The position numbers and the translations under genes are program-made. A stretch of DNA of 64,000 nt, taken from IMG/VR virus record IMGVR_UViG_3300021962_000022, one strand, 5' to 3'. Origin of the DNA: a virus. Taxonomy: Duplodnaviria > Caudoviricetes. The notes below the pieces were generated by a model. It was not told the DNA's origin. It did not search any database and worked only from the letters and a program-made list of their open reading frames with translations. This document shows, piece by piece, positions 54,116 to 63,307 of the stretch (positions within the stretch are counted from its first letter, which is position 1; every line of letters begins with the position of its first letter).

Positions 54116-55414
54116 TTAATTTGATAAAGGTGCTTTAATTGATGGGTGTGATTGGTATCCTTCCACCGAAAAATCCTCTGTATTTAAATGTCCGAACAAC
54201 GATGTTGACTCAGATAATGATTTGTAAAATTCATCAGTTTTACCGTGAACTAATTTAGGTAACTGAAAAGGTTGTCTTGTACGATTTGGTATTTTATAAA
54301 TTTCATAGTATTCGGACATACCTCCACCAAATGGTGCCAAGTCATTTAACGCGTCTCTGTACCCTTTTGGTCCCATCGCATTCTTTAACATTTCTTCTCT
54401 TTCTTCAAAAGTATATCTACGACCTATTTGTTCTTTTGCCTGTTCAATATGATTTGAATACAGGTGTACATCACCCAAGTTACCAATCAATTCATCAGGA
54501 ACCATGTTTACTTCTTTAGCAATGATTTCAAGTAATAAACCGTATGATGCTATGTTGAATGGTAAACCAAGAAATGTATCTACTGAACGTTGATTCCACA
54601 TTAAAGAGATTGTTCTAGTTGGAATATTTTCCCAATCAATTTTAGTATCACTTCCTTTTAGTGCTTGATGTAAGTTATTCTTTAGGTATTGCATATCTCT
54701 AATTTCATTTCTTTCATCTTCACTCAACTCTCTTGTATAAACTTGAAATCCATAATGACAGGGTGGTAAAGTCATTTTATCCAATTCACCTACATTCCAA
54801 GCATTAACCATTAATCGTCTTGAGTCTGGATTTGTTTTAAGGTCGTTGATTAGATTCCAGATTTGGTCTTTACCAACTAAATAATCTTTATGTTGTTCAA
54901 CTCCATTTACCACTTTCAAAATATCGTGCTGTCCTTCGTGGAAACCCATCCAGTTTCTCCATTGTTTACCATAAATTGGTCCTAACTCACCCCATTTCTT
55001 AGCAAACTCATCATCGGTTTTGATTTTGTCAATGAATTCTTCTATTGTAAATGGTTCAGTTAATGTTCTATTTTTCTTAGAATTCTCTAATAATTTGGTT
55101 TTACCAACATATTCACCTTTATTATATCTTTTAATATAGGCTTGATAAGCATCACCATCCCAAATATGACAACCATTATCAACAAGATATTTGATGTTGG
55201 TGTCACCTTTTAAAAACCATAGTAATTCAGTCACCATTGTCTTCCAGGCCATTTTCTTGGTTGTAAGTAACGGAAATCCCTCACTCATTTTATGACGTAT
55301 TTGTCTACCAAATACCGAAATGGTACCTGTACCTGTTCTATCTTTTTTCTCTATACCATTATCCAAGATATCTTGAAGTAACTTTTGGTATTGTATATCA
55401 ATGTTATTCATCAT
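54116..55414 (-). CDS. thyA: thymidylate synthase with insertions
   Basis: DRTGTGT, ELLWFLKG, GPIYGKQWR, SRR, LPPCH, QRSVD...GLPFNIASY and HLY.NH motifs. Confidence 0.97.
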   Translation of the reverse strand: MMNNIDIQYQKLLQDILDNGIEKKDRTGTGTISVFGRQIRHKMSEGFPLLTTKKMAWKTMVTELLWFLKGDTNIKYLVDNGCHIWDGDAYQAYIKRYNKGEYVGKTKLLENSKKNRTLTEPFTIEEFIDKIKTDDEFAKKWGELGPIYGKQWRNWMGFHEGQHDILKVVNGVEQHKDYLVGKDQIWNLINDLKTNPDSRRLMVNAWNVGELDKMTLPPCHYGFQVYTRELSEDERNEIRDMQYLKNNLHQALKGSDTKIDWENIPTRTISLMWNQRSVDTFLGLPFNIASYGLLLEIIAKEVNMVPDELIGNLGDVHLYSNHIEQAKEQIGRRYTFEEREEMLKNAMGPKGYRDALNDLAPFGGGMSEYYEIYKIPNRTRQPFQLPKLVHGKTDEFYKSLSESTSLFGHLNTEDFSVEGYQSHPSIKAPLSN

Positions 55415-56028
55415 TCAAATGTTTGTATTTTAGCATCTACTTCTTTTAATTCTGACCATGTTCCAAGATATGTGATTGCCCTAACTTTCCTGTTATCAAT
55501 CCACACATACTCTTGTCCGTCTTTGATTCTTGGTTTGTCCATAACCAATCCATGGTATTTAAAACCTTTTTCTTTTAACCACGTTTCGGTAACTTCTCTG
55601 TCCTTACTCTCACGTGCGGTAAAGAAGGTAATGATATGACCTTCATCATACCATTTATTGATTATATCCAATGCTTTTGGGAAATGATTTGCATTTGGGT
55701 ACAAATGTGATTCTTCGTTCTTTATATCATCACAAACTGTACCGTCAATATCAATTAAAAATACTTTACTCACCGGTTTTTGATTTAATATCAAATGGGC
55801 AACCGTACTGTGAGTTGTCTCACCTTGTTCCGTTGAAAAACAATGTGGTTCTATTTTATATTCTACAATATCCCCTGATTTAATATCATATTCACCACTC
55901 TCAATTTTATCAACAGATTCTTTTGATAATACGATTGATGAAGAACTTTCATCATTATTAATAAACCAACCTTCTACACTGTTGTAGAAATATGGGTCAG
56001 CGGTTTGATATTTTATTTTACCTTTCAT
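55411..56028 (-). CDS. HAD-like phosphatase with N-terminal extension
   Basis: IDIDGT, FFTAR, MDKPR and WIDN motifs. Confidence 0.8.
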   Translation of the reverse strand: MKGKIKYQTADPYFYNSVEGWFINNDESSSSIVLSKESVDKIESGEYDIKSGDIVEYKIEPHCFSTEQGETTHSTVAHLILNQKPVSKVFLIDIDGTVCDDIKNEESHLYPNANHFPKALDIINKWYDEGHIITFFTARESKDREVTETWLKEKGFKYHGLVMDKPRIKDGQEYVWIDNRKVRAITYLGTWSELKEVDAKIQTFE

Positions 56029-56428
56029 TAATTCTTAACCATTTATTTTCCGAATTTAATGTGAATCCACCTAAAAAACAATCTTGTTTATTCCATTCAT
56101 TTGGTGAAAGTAGACTTAATGTCTTAACCTCATTAAAATTGTATAGGTAATATGTTTTACCAACTATTGGTTCAAAGGGTATTTTAGATTCCCATACCAT
56201 CAATGAGTCATTAAATTCTTTACTTAATTTTTCCGCCCTTATTATTAATTCTTCTCTTTCTCTTTCAAAAACTGACATCATTTTTTTAGATGCCTCGGTT
56301 CTTATTAAAGAAACATTTGGAAGTTGGAAAGATGGTGCTCCAATGTTTGTTGGGTATTCTTTTATATTTGAATTATAACCGTTTTCTTCATCCCAAACAA
56401 CCAAATCCGGTTTCTTTTTCTCGTTCAT
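56018..56428 (-). CDS. DUF2452-like protein
   Basis: YPT.IGAP.F...FEPIVGKTYYLY...LS..SP.EW motif (family name recalled). Confidence 0.7.
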   Translation of the reverse strand: MNEKKKPDLVVWDEENGYNSNIKEYPTNIGAPSFQLPNVSLIRTEASKKMMSVFEREREELIIRAEKLSKEFNDSLMVWESKIPFEPIVGKTYYLYNFNEVKTLSLLSPNEWNKQDCFLGGFTLNSENKWLRINER

Positions 56429-56838
56429 TATTCAGTAGGTTGTGTATCAATTAATTTTTGTATTCGGCTTCTACCTTTTTCACCGATTGGAACGGGGTTA
56501 CCTTCTTCATCTATACGAACAAATCTGATGTTTGTTTTTAAAATAACAACCTGATTACCTGTGTATACATTATGTGCTCTCGCTTCCATGTACAAAGTAA
56601 CCGAGGTGTTACCTAATTTACTCGGTAATCCGTAAATTTTTATTAATTGACCTTCCTTAGCTGGTTTTTCAAAATAACATTTATCTATTGAAACTGTAAC
56701 CATTCTTGGTGAATCACACAACTGCATCGAATATCCCGCAGCCGCAGCATCAATCCAAGCGAGTAACTTCCCACCGAATAAATTTCCGTGAAATCCTAAG
56801 TCAGATTTTTTTATTGGGTGGGAATTTAGAAACTCCAT
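56428..56838 (-). CDS. hotdog-fold acyl-CoA thioesterase (YciA-like)
   Basis: DLGFHGNLFGGKLLAWID...VTV...F..P..EG...GNTS motifs. Confidence 0.88.
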   Translation of the reverse strand: MEFLNSHPIKKSDLGFHGNLFGGKLLAWIDAAAAGYSMQLCDSPRMVTVSIDKCYFEKPAKEGQLIKIYGLPSKLGNTSVTLYMEARAHNVYTGNQVVILKTNIRFVRIDEEGNPVPIGEKGRSRIQKLIDTQPTE

Positions 56839-57008
56839 TATTCAAATATTATTTCTTCTCTTGTAATGTATTCTTTTAATGCGTTTTCAGCTTCAATTTT
56901 CGTGTTATAGTAACCAATAACTTGGTCAAATTCTGTTGGGTCAGAAACACCGAATTGACCATTCAATGTTTCAAATACAAATGTGTCTAAAATTTGTTGG
57001 TTTATCAT
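56838..57008 (-). CDS. small hypothetical protein (56 aa)
   Basis: translated by hand; fills the gap in the operon. Confidence 0.55.
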   Translation of the reverse strand: MINQQILDTFVFETLNGQFGVSDPTEFDQVIGYYNTKIEAENALKEYITREEIIFE

Positions 57009-57009
57009 T

Positions 57010-57162
57010 TTAATCGTTTTTAACTTGGTTTTTATTTTCGGTTTCAGTTTTTTTCGACTCTTCTAATTTTTTAAAAAGATTAATCAACGTTGATTCTTCT
57101 CTTTTTAGTCTTTGATTACGAGCTTGAACTTTTTTTCTATGTTCCTTATCTTTTTTTCCCAT
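57010..57162 (-). CDS. small basic protein (50 aa)
   Basis: MGKKDKEHRKKVQARNQRLK..., translated by hand. Confidence 0.6.
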   Translation of the reverse strand: MGKKDKEHRKKVQARNQRLKREESTLINLFKKLEESKKTETENKNQVKND

Positions 57163-57174
57163 AAATTTTAATTT

Positions 57175-58305
57175 TTATTCTTCGTCTTTTCTATAATTTT
57201 CCAATAGTTCGTCATTTGAAAGTGCTCCGTATTTTGATGCAATACTTTCAACATCAACTTCGACGTTCATCATGTGAATTGTATTATTTAATTCTTCTGC
57301 CAATCTTAAAGTATCTGAAATAACTTTTACAATTCTATATGGGTCAGCGTGAGATGCTGGTCTTCTATCCTCAAGATATCCCACCCAAGTATCTGCAACC
57401 GATTTAGGGACCCTAATCGACGCTCCTCTGTCTGAGAATCCCCAACTAAATGTGTCAATTGACTGTGTTTCAAATTTACCTGTTAATCGTAAATGATTAT
57501 CGGAACCATAATTTTCAATATGTTCTTTGGTTCTTGATTCAAACGCCCTAAAAATCGAATTGAAGTATTCTTCTCCACCCGTAGTTCTCATTTTTTCATT
57601 TGAGAAGTTGGTATGCATTCCTGAACCGTTCCATTCACCGTGTTGAATTGGTTTAGGGTGTAACTCAATTTGATAACCGTACTTTTCAGCAATTAGAAAC
57701 AAGAAGTATCGTGACATCCACAAATCATCTGATGCTTTAAGTTTACCCTTTTCAAAAATTTGGTATTCCCATTGTCCCATGGCAACTTCCGCATTCGTTC
57801 CCTCGATGTTTATGTTATATTTCAAACACATATTCAAATGGTCTGTACTTACTTCTCTACCATACATTTGACCACCGACACCACAATAATACTTACCTTG
57901 TGGGTCAATCATTGTTCCTGAATCAAACCCCAATATATTTTTGTTATGTCCTGAACGTATAAAGTATTCTTGTTCGAGTCCTACCCAAAAATTTGTATCC
58001 TCTTTACCAACTTTCGCTCGAGTATTTGACTCGTGAATTTGATTATTACCATCTAAAACTTCGCACAACACATATATTGTATCACTGTAATTCTCTGTTG
58101 CATAAAATCTAACAGGTTTCAAATAACAATCTGAGAAATTACCTTCAGCTTGTTTTGTTGAACTGCCATCAAAACCCCAATTAGGAAAGTCGGAAATATT
58201 TAATTCACTTACTGATTTGTTTAAATCAATTATTTTAATTTTACTTCTAAGGTTTGGTTCTGGTGTATACCCATCTAACCAAACATACTCTACTATTCTT
58301 TTCAT
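57175..58305 (-). CDS. glnII: glutamine synthetase type II
   Basis: EYVWLDG, LRSK, W.FDGSST.QA, GLEQEY, QG.YYCGVG, NAEV..GQWE, WNGSGMHTNFS, RLTG..ET, RGASIR and EDRRPAS motifs. Confidence 0.95.
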   Translation of the reverse strand: MKRIVEYVWLDGYTPEPNLRSKIKIIDLNKSVSELNISDFPNWGFDGSSTKQAEGNFSDCYLKPVRFYATENYSDTIYVLCEVLDGNNQIHESNTRAKVGKEDTNFWVGLEQEYFIRSGHNKNILGFDSGTMIDPQGKYYCGVGGQMYGREVSTDHLNMCLKYNINIEGTNAEVAMGQWEYQIFEKGKLKASDDLWMSRYFLFLIAEKYGYQIELHPKPIQHGEWNGSGMHTNFSNEKMRTTGGEEYFNSIFRAFESRTKEHIENYGSDNHLRLTGKFETQSIDTFSWGFSDRGASIRVPKSVADTWVGYLEDRRPASHADPYRIVKVISDTLRLAEELNNTIHMMNVEVDVESIASKYGALSNDELLENYRKDEE

Positions 58306-58514
58306 TTTTTATAATATATATTTTTTTGTGCTTGGACACCAATCATGAAAATTAAAAACCTTAAACTAAAACCAATAGATGGTGAGGTAAGACCGGTTTC
58401 AAAAAATTCATATTTGTTATAAGAAAAAATTGGTGTCGGTAATAAAAACCAATGGTGTTTTTTCTTTATTATAAAGAAATCAATAAAATATTTTTTTTCT
58501 TTTTGATTACCCAT
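58302..58514 (-). CDS. hypothetical protein
   Basis: ATGA overlap with glnII. Confidence 0.55.
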   Translation of the reverse strand: MGNQKEKKYFIDFFIIKKKHHWFLLPTPIFSYNKYEFFETGLTSPSIGFSLRFLIFMIGVQAQKNIYYKK

Positions 58515-58624
58515 TTTTCTTCTTTTTTAAATAGTCCAAAACGATGTTGAACGAACCCAACGAAATTATACCAAAACCAAAATACTTTTCAAGGTCGGGG
58601 TTAGTTGTGTTCATACCGTATCTC

Positions 58625-58870
58625 TCAATTAGGATTCCCGTTAGAATCATCATCACGTAGATTATTGTCCGTATATTCATATGTTTTTAAATGTTGTATC
58701 GATTTATACAAAGAATGTGTTTCCATCAAATTGAAAACACCTGAATTTAATGCGTGTTCTAACCCAATTTCAATAATTTGAATTGACATTTTTAGATTTA
58801 AATTATCTAAAACTAATTCCAATTCTTCCGTACTATCAAAATTCAATTGATTATTAAACAGTGCTTTCAT
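58625..58870 (-). CDS. hypothetical protein
   Basis: co-oriented ORF. Confidence 0.65.
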   Translation of the reverse strand: MKALFNNQLNFDSTEELELVLDNLNLKMSIQIIEIGLEHALNSGVFNLMETHSLYKSIQHLKTYEYTDNNLRDDDSNGNPN

Positions 58871-58921
58871 GGTAATAAAATATAATAAAGAAATACGATA
58901 AAGTCAAATATTTATAGAAAT

Positions 58922-59290
58922 ATGTCAGTGATTATAAACAATAATAGATTTCCCGCCGAGTATTTATCGGGCCCTGAAGAAATAAGTAAAGGTATGATGG
59001 GAAGAGATAAATTAGACGGTTGTATGGTCTTTAATATGGGTAATATTGGTCACCATTCTTTTTGGATGAAAAACTGTCTAATTCCCTTGGATATTGTTTT
59101 TGTTTTAAAGAATAAAATAAGTAGGATACACCGAAATTGTGAACCTGCGGGGCAGAATGAGTTAAACCCAAAAAGATACACGGGTATTGCTGACCATGTA
59201 ATAGAATTTCCGGTAGGTGTGACCTCGAACTTTAAAGAAGGTGACCGAGTTAATATGTACTTAGGTACACCACTTAACCCTATGGTTTAA
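58922..59290 (+). CDS. DUF192 family protein
   Basis: GMM.R...M.F...FWMKN..IPLDIVF...VIEFP.G motif. Confidence 0.85.
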   Translation: MSVIINNNRFPAEYLSGPEEISKGMMGRDKLDGCMVFNMGNIGHHSFWMKNCLIPLDIVFVLKNKISRIHRNCEPAGQNELNPKRYTGIADHVIEFPVGVTSNFKEGDRVNMYLGTPLNPMV

Positions 59291-60147
59291 TTTTCTTCTT
59301 CAAACAATAATAATTGTTTCTTTTGATTATCGTAATCGATTAATCTTTGTTGAGATATCTTAGCATAGTTCTCAGATAATTCAAACCCAATATAGTTTCT
59401 ATCTAATTTCTTGGCGGCTAGTGCAGTTGTACCACTACCCGAAAAACAATCAACAACTAAATCATTTTTGTAAGATAGGATTTTTATCGCTTTCATTGGG
59501 ATGTCCATTGAGAAGGTTGCTTTGGTTAATGACTTGGTATCATTAAAATATTTCCATTGACCAAAAACTAATTCCATGAATTCACTCTTGTCTTTATCTG
59601 AATAAACCCTTTTGTTTTTGATAACACCCTCTTCATTTTCCATTTCAACCTCATTATATGACCATTGAGAAATACCCTTTTCTTTTTTCTTATAATCCTT
59701 CTTATATGCAAGAATTACACATTCTTTTGGATTATATATGTAAGGTGATGAAGGTGACATCCATGAACCCCATGCGGTTGTTTTTGAACGGTGTGGTGAG
59801 TCTTCTTCCAAATCAACAACACCAAAAAATCCAAAACCAATTTCTTTCATCATCTGCCAGTATTCGGAAACCAAAAAGATTCTACCACCTCTTTCTCTCA
59901 CATTGATTTCATAAGGAATGTTCAGAGCGATTCTTCCATCATCTTTTAACGTTCTATAAACTTCAGATAACCATTTCTTACACCAAGCAAGATAATCTTC
60001 CATTGGTTCGTCATCTTTGTGAACATCGTAACTAATACCCACATTGTACGGTGGACTTGTTACATACAGGTCAACCACGTTGTTATTCAACTCTTTAAAA
60101 AGTTCTAAACAATCTCCTTGATAAATTTTATTCGTTTCCATTGACAA
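59287..60147 (-). CDS. DNA amino-methyltransferase (N4-C/N6-A, beta class)
   Basis: TSPPYN catalytic motif precedes DCFSGSGTT SAM-binding motif. Confidence 0.92.
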   Translation of the reverse strand: MSMETNKIYQGDCLELFKELNNNVVDLYVTSPPYNVGISYDVHKDDEPMEDYLAWCKKWLSEVYRTLKDDGRIALNIPYEINVRERGGRIFLVSEYWQMMKEIGFGFFGVVDLEEDSPHRSKTTAWGSWMSPSSPYIYNPKECVILAYKKDYKKKEKGISQWSYNEVEMENEEGVIKNKRVYSDKDKSEFMELVFGQWKYFNDTKSLTKATFSMDIPMKAIKILSYKNDLVVDCFSGSGTTALAAKKLDRNYIGFELSENYAKISQQRLIDYDNQKKQLLLFEEEN

Positions 60148-60228
60148 ATTCTTTTTTGTTTACTATCATTACAAATGATAACGAATAAAAAACAATAAAC
60201 CAAAATATTTATAAAAAAACTTAAAATC

Positions 60229-60417
60229 ATGGGATGCGGATGTAAAAAAAGAAATCAACCTGTTAGTAATCCAACAGTAAACATTCAATTAACTGAGGGT
60301 AGTTCTTCAACTTCACCTCAAGAAATTAGTATTATGGAGCAACAAATCGACCAAATCATTAAAAAGGTTGAGGAGATTAACAATCAAACAAACGAAGAAA
60401 ACACTGAAGGACAATAA
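60229..60417 (+). CDS. small hypothetical protein
   Basis: MGCGCKK start; TATTTATA upstream; terminator at 60422-60456. Confidence 0.7.
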   Translation: MGCGCKKRNQPVSNPTVNIQLTEGSSSTSPQEISIMEQQIDQIIKKVEEINNQTNEENTEGQ

Positions 60418-60493
60418 ATAATATCGGACAGTCTTATAAATTGTCCGATATTTTTTGTCTTTTATAATATATATAAATTTATATACTTATATT

Positions 60494-60694
60494 ATGCCTA
60501 AACAACAAACAAAACTGACAAGTGTTAATATTATAGACGATGTTTATAAGAGATTCAAGATTAAAACAATTGATGGGTCGATTAACTTACAAAAATTAGT
60601 AAACAGGTCTCTCGACCTTTATAACTCAAGAGAAGATTTTAGAAAACAAATAGATAATCACAATGGTTTGGCACCAAATGGTTCTAAATTTTAA
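60494..60694 (+). CDS. small putative ribbon-helix-helix DNA-binding protein
   Basis: KLTSVNI strand followed by two helices (LQKLVNRSLDLY). Confidence 0.55.
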   Translation: MPKQQTKLTSVNIIDDVYKRFKIKTIDGSINLQKLVNRSLDLYNSREDFRKQIDNHNGLAPNGSKF

Positions 60695-60723
60695 TTTGTG
60701 ATTACTTTTTCTTATATTTTGGT

Positions 60724-61074
60724 ATGCACTTATCTAAATTCTTACTTTTAAGAGGTAGTGATTATTTTTTAACGAACACTGTCGAAGTTAGACATGGTAT
60801 TCGTAGAATTAATGCTCAATGGTCTCCTGAATTAGCTCAGGATATTGAAGAGTATCACGGTATCAATGTGGAAGAAGAATTAGTAAGATTATTATCAGAA
60901 GAACTTGCAAGGGAAATCGATTCACAAATTATTAATACATTAAGACAGGGAGTAACAATTGCTCAGGACTTAGTTCCGATACAACCAATGAACGAACCTG
61001 TTGGACATCTTTTTTGTTTCGATTATTCCTACAACAATTACACATTCAAAAATTTCAAATTATTAAGAGGATGA
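60724..61074 (+). CDS. miniature, order-permuted T4 gp23-like capsid-protein derivative
   Basis: RRINAQWSPELAQDIEEYHGINVEEELVRLLSEELAREID then IAQDLVPIQPMNEPVGHLF; both are gp23 signature blocks. Confidence 0.8.
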   Translation: MHLSKFLLLRGSDYFLTNTVEVRHGIRRINAQWSPELAQDIEEYHGINVEEELVRLLSEELAREIDSQIINTLRQGVTIAQDLVPIQPMNEPVGHLFCFDYSYNNYTFKNFKLLRG

Positions 61075-62531
61075 TAACAATAGGTTACAGCACAAGAGAA
61101 TCAAATCCCAAGTTTCAAGAATACTTAAAGAAAACTTGTGGTCACCCAAAAGTTCAGGTTATTGAAAAGGTGAACAATGGTGAAAAAAGTTTGTCACAAA
61201 CATACAATGAAATAATAAATGAATCAGAACATGACATTGTAGTTTTTTGTCACGATGACATTTATTTTGAAACCAGTTCTTGGGGTCGAAAATTAATGAA
61301 ACACTTTGAAGAAAGTGAGTATGGTATTTTAGGTGTTGCTGGTACAACCAACATTCATGAAAGTGGTAGATGGTGGACAGACAATACCAAAATGGTTGGT
61401 ATTGTTAACCACGAGAACGAAGGTAAAAAATGGGAATCTAGATATGCGAACGGTATACCAAATTCAATTCATCAAGTTTGTTTGGTCGATGGTTTGTTTA
61501 TTGCAATCTATAAGAATAGAATTAAACACACTTTCAATGAATCGGTACCCGGATTCCACTTCTACGATATGACTTTCTGTACTGAAAATCATTTAAGTGG
61601 TGTTCAGATTGGTGTGATATATAATATCAGATTAACCCATAAGTCTATTGGGATGACTAATGAATCTTGGGAGAAGAATAGGGAAGAATATATTGAGAGA
61701 TTCAAGAATGAATTACCTATATCCATAACACCGAAGATTAATTACGATGTGATTAAACCAAAACAAGTTAAGGAGAAATATAATCTGATTGTTCAAACAT
61801 CTAACAACAGTGAGAAACTCGTAAACTTTTTTGAGAGAATTAAAGAATTACCAGTTTACGATAATCTATTAATCTCATTGATTTCAACCGATAGTAACAT
61901 TGAGGATGTAAGAAAGTATGAATCTGAAAATGTTTTAATTTATGAAGGGTTTTTTGAAACATTAAATAAAAACCTATCTGTATTAAAGTGGGATGACTCG
62001 TTCATGAATTCTAAATCGGATTTACTTTTCTTTTCAACTGACGCGGTAACCATTCTCAATGACGTTTTTTCAAGTATGTATGGTATCTTCAAAAATGAAA
62101 GAAGTAGTTTTGGATGTGCATTCCCATCAGTTTTGGAATCTGATGGAACCATCTTCTCAAATGGTTTGGATATCATCCAAAATAAAGAAGAACAGTTTAA
62201 TTTAATCTTTAAAAATAAGTCATCATATTTCAACATACTTCACGGACATTTTCCAATTAATTTTGGCAGTATCAGTGATTTTTTCGCAACAACATCATCA
62301 AATTTAAAGATGATAGATTGGTTTGATATTAATTTAGAAACATCAATCTATAATTTAGATTTTGCTTTGAAATCATTCCTTAAAAAACGTAAAGTTTATG
62401 TTGATACGAATAGTGTCGTTATGATTGACATGGCGTCTCAATTTGAAAAGATAGATGGTGAATTAAAACAAGTTTTAGGTCAATACATGAACGCGCCTGA
62501 AATAAGAAAAAATGTGAAACAAATAAGATGA
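61071..62531 (+). CDS. glycosyltransferase (GT-A fold, probably two domains)
   Basis: YNEII...VVFCHDD...GVAG...VDGLFIA...FHFYD motifs; start at 61071. Confidence 0.8.
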   Translation: MITIGYSTRESNPKFQEYLKKTCGHPKVQVIEKVNNGEKSLSQTYNEIINESEHDIVVFCHDDIYFETSSWGRKLMKHFEESEYGILGVAGTTNIHESGRWWTDNTKMVGIVNHENEGKKWESRYANGIPNSIHQVCLVDGLFIAIYKNRIKHTFNESVPGFHFYDMTFCTENHLSGVQIGVIYNIRLTHKSIGMTNESWEKNREEYIERFKNELPISITPKINYDVIKPKQVKEKYNLIVQTSNNSEKLVNFFERIKELPVYDNLLISLISTDSNIEDVRKYESENVLIYEGFFETLNKNLSVLKWDDSFMNSKSDLLFFSTDAVTILNDVFSSMYGIFKNERSSFGCAFPSVLESDGTIFSNGLDIIQNKEEQFNLIFKNKSSYFNILHGHFPINFGSISDFFATTSSNLKMIDWFDINLETSIYNLDFALKSFLKKRKVYVDTNSVVMIDMASQFEKIDGELKQVLGQYMNAPEIRKNVKQIR

Positions 62532-63307
62532 TAAAAATAATATCAGGATTTACAGAAAAAGGTGGCTCGACCACTTTTTTTATAAACTTAACTAATTTTC
62601 TAAACGAAAACGGTATTGACTGCACATTTTATGGTAATCAGAATTACCATATGGATAAATGTAAATCAGGTAATATCGATAAGGATTTAAAGTACGAACC
62701 CGATGATGTAATCATTACTCATTTCCTACAACTACAAGAAAGACCACCGGTAAAAAAAGTGATTTTATCTTGTCATGAGAAGTGGTGGTTTCCCGTTGGG
62801 AAAATAAAACAGTATTGGGATGTCTGTGTTTTTTTACATGATGAACACAGAAAATATCATTCAGATTATCGAGGTGATTATGTAATCATACCGAATATCA
62901 AAGAGAGTTTATTGAACTCCGATAAAGAATCTGTAAAAAACATTGCGGGTATAATTGGAACAATCGAAGATAGAAAACAAACACATGTGTCAATACAAAG
63001 AGCACTGAAAGACAGGTGTGAAAAAATTTACTTATTCGGTCATATCGGTGACCAAGGTTACTTTGACAGGTTTGTAAAGCCATTAATGAATCCAAGAGTG
63101 ATTCACTATGGTCACACAAATAATAAACAAGAGATGTACGATATGATTGGTAAAGTTTATCATTCATCTAAAGGTGAGGTTGCATGTTTGGTTAAAGATG
63201 AATGTTACCTAACCGGTACTGAATTTTATGGAAATGAAGAAACTATGAATGAGGTTTCTAAATTAAATAACGATGAGATATTAACACTTTGGAAAAATAT
63301 ATTTTAA
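62528..63307 (+). CDS. glycosyltransferase (GT-B/GT4-like)
   Basis: GGS...GIIGTIEDRKQ...LFG motifs. Confidence 0.7.
   Translation: MIKIISGFTEKGGSTTFFINLTNFLNENGIDCTFYGNQNYHMDKCKSGNIDKDLKYEPDDVIITHFLQLQERPPVKKVILSCHEKWWFPVGKIKQYWDVCVFLHDEHRKYHSDYRGDYVIIPNIKESLLNSDKESVKNIAGIIGTIEDRKQTHVSIQRALKDRCEKIYLFGHIGDQGYFDRFVKPLMNPRVIHYGHTNNKQEMYDMIGKVYHSSKGEVACLVKDECYLTGTEFYGNEETMNEVSKLNNDEILTLWKNIF

Noticed and set aside
54116-55414. Intron or intein in thyA
   Set aside because: The frame is continuous, and the insertions are short with no intein terminal residues or homing-endonuclease motifs.
33410-58305. Bacterial chromosome origin suggested by metabolic genes
   Set aside because: The genes are interspersed with phage-type ORFans and late-type promoters, there are no housekeeping operons, and a gp23-derived gene is present.
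2138-63167. Many shadow ORFs in the track (e.g. 2138-2338, 6541-6792, 17603-18109, 21069-21533, 32642-32935, 37307-37657, 49742-50011)
   Set aside because: They are nested in or antisense to better-supported genes, have atypical composition, and show no motifs or promoters.
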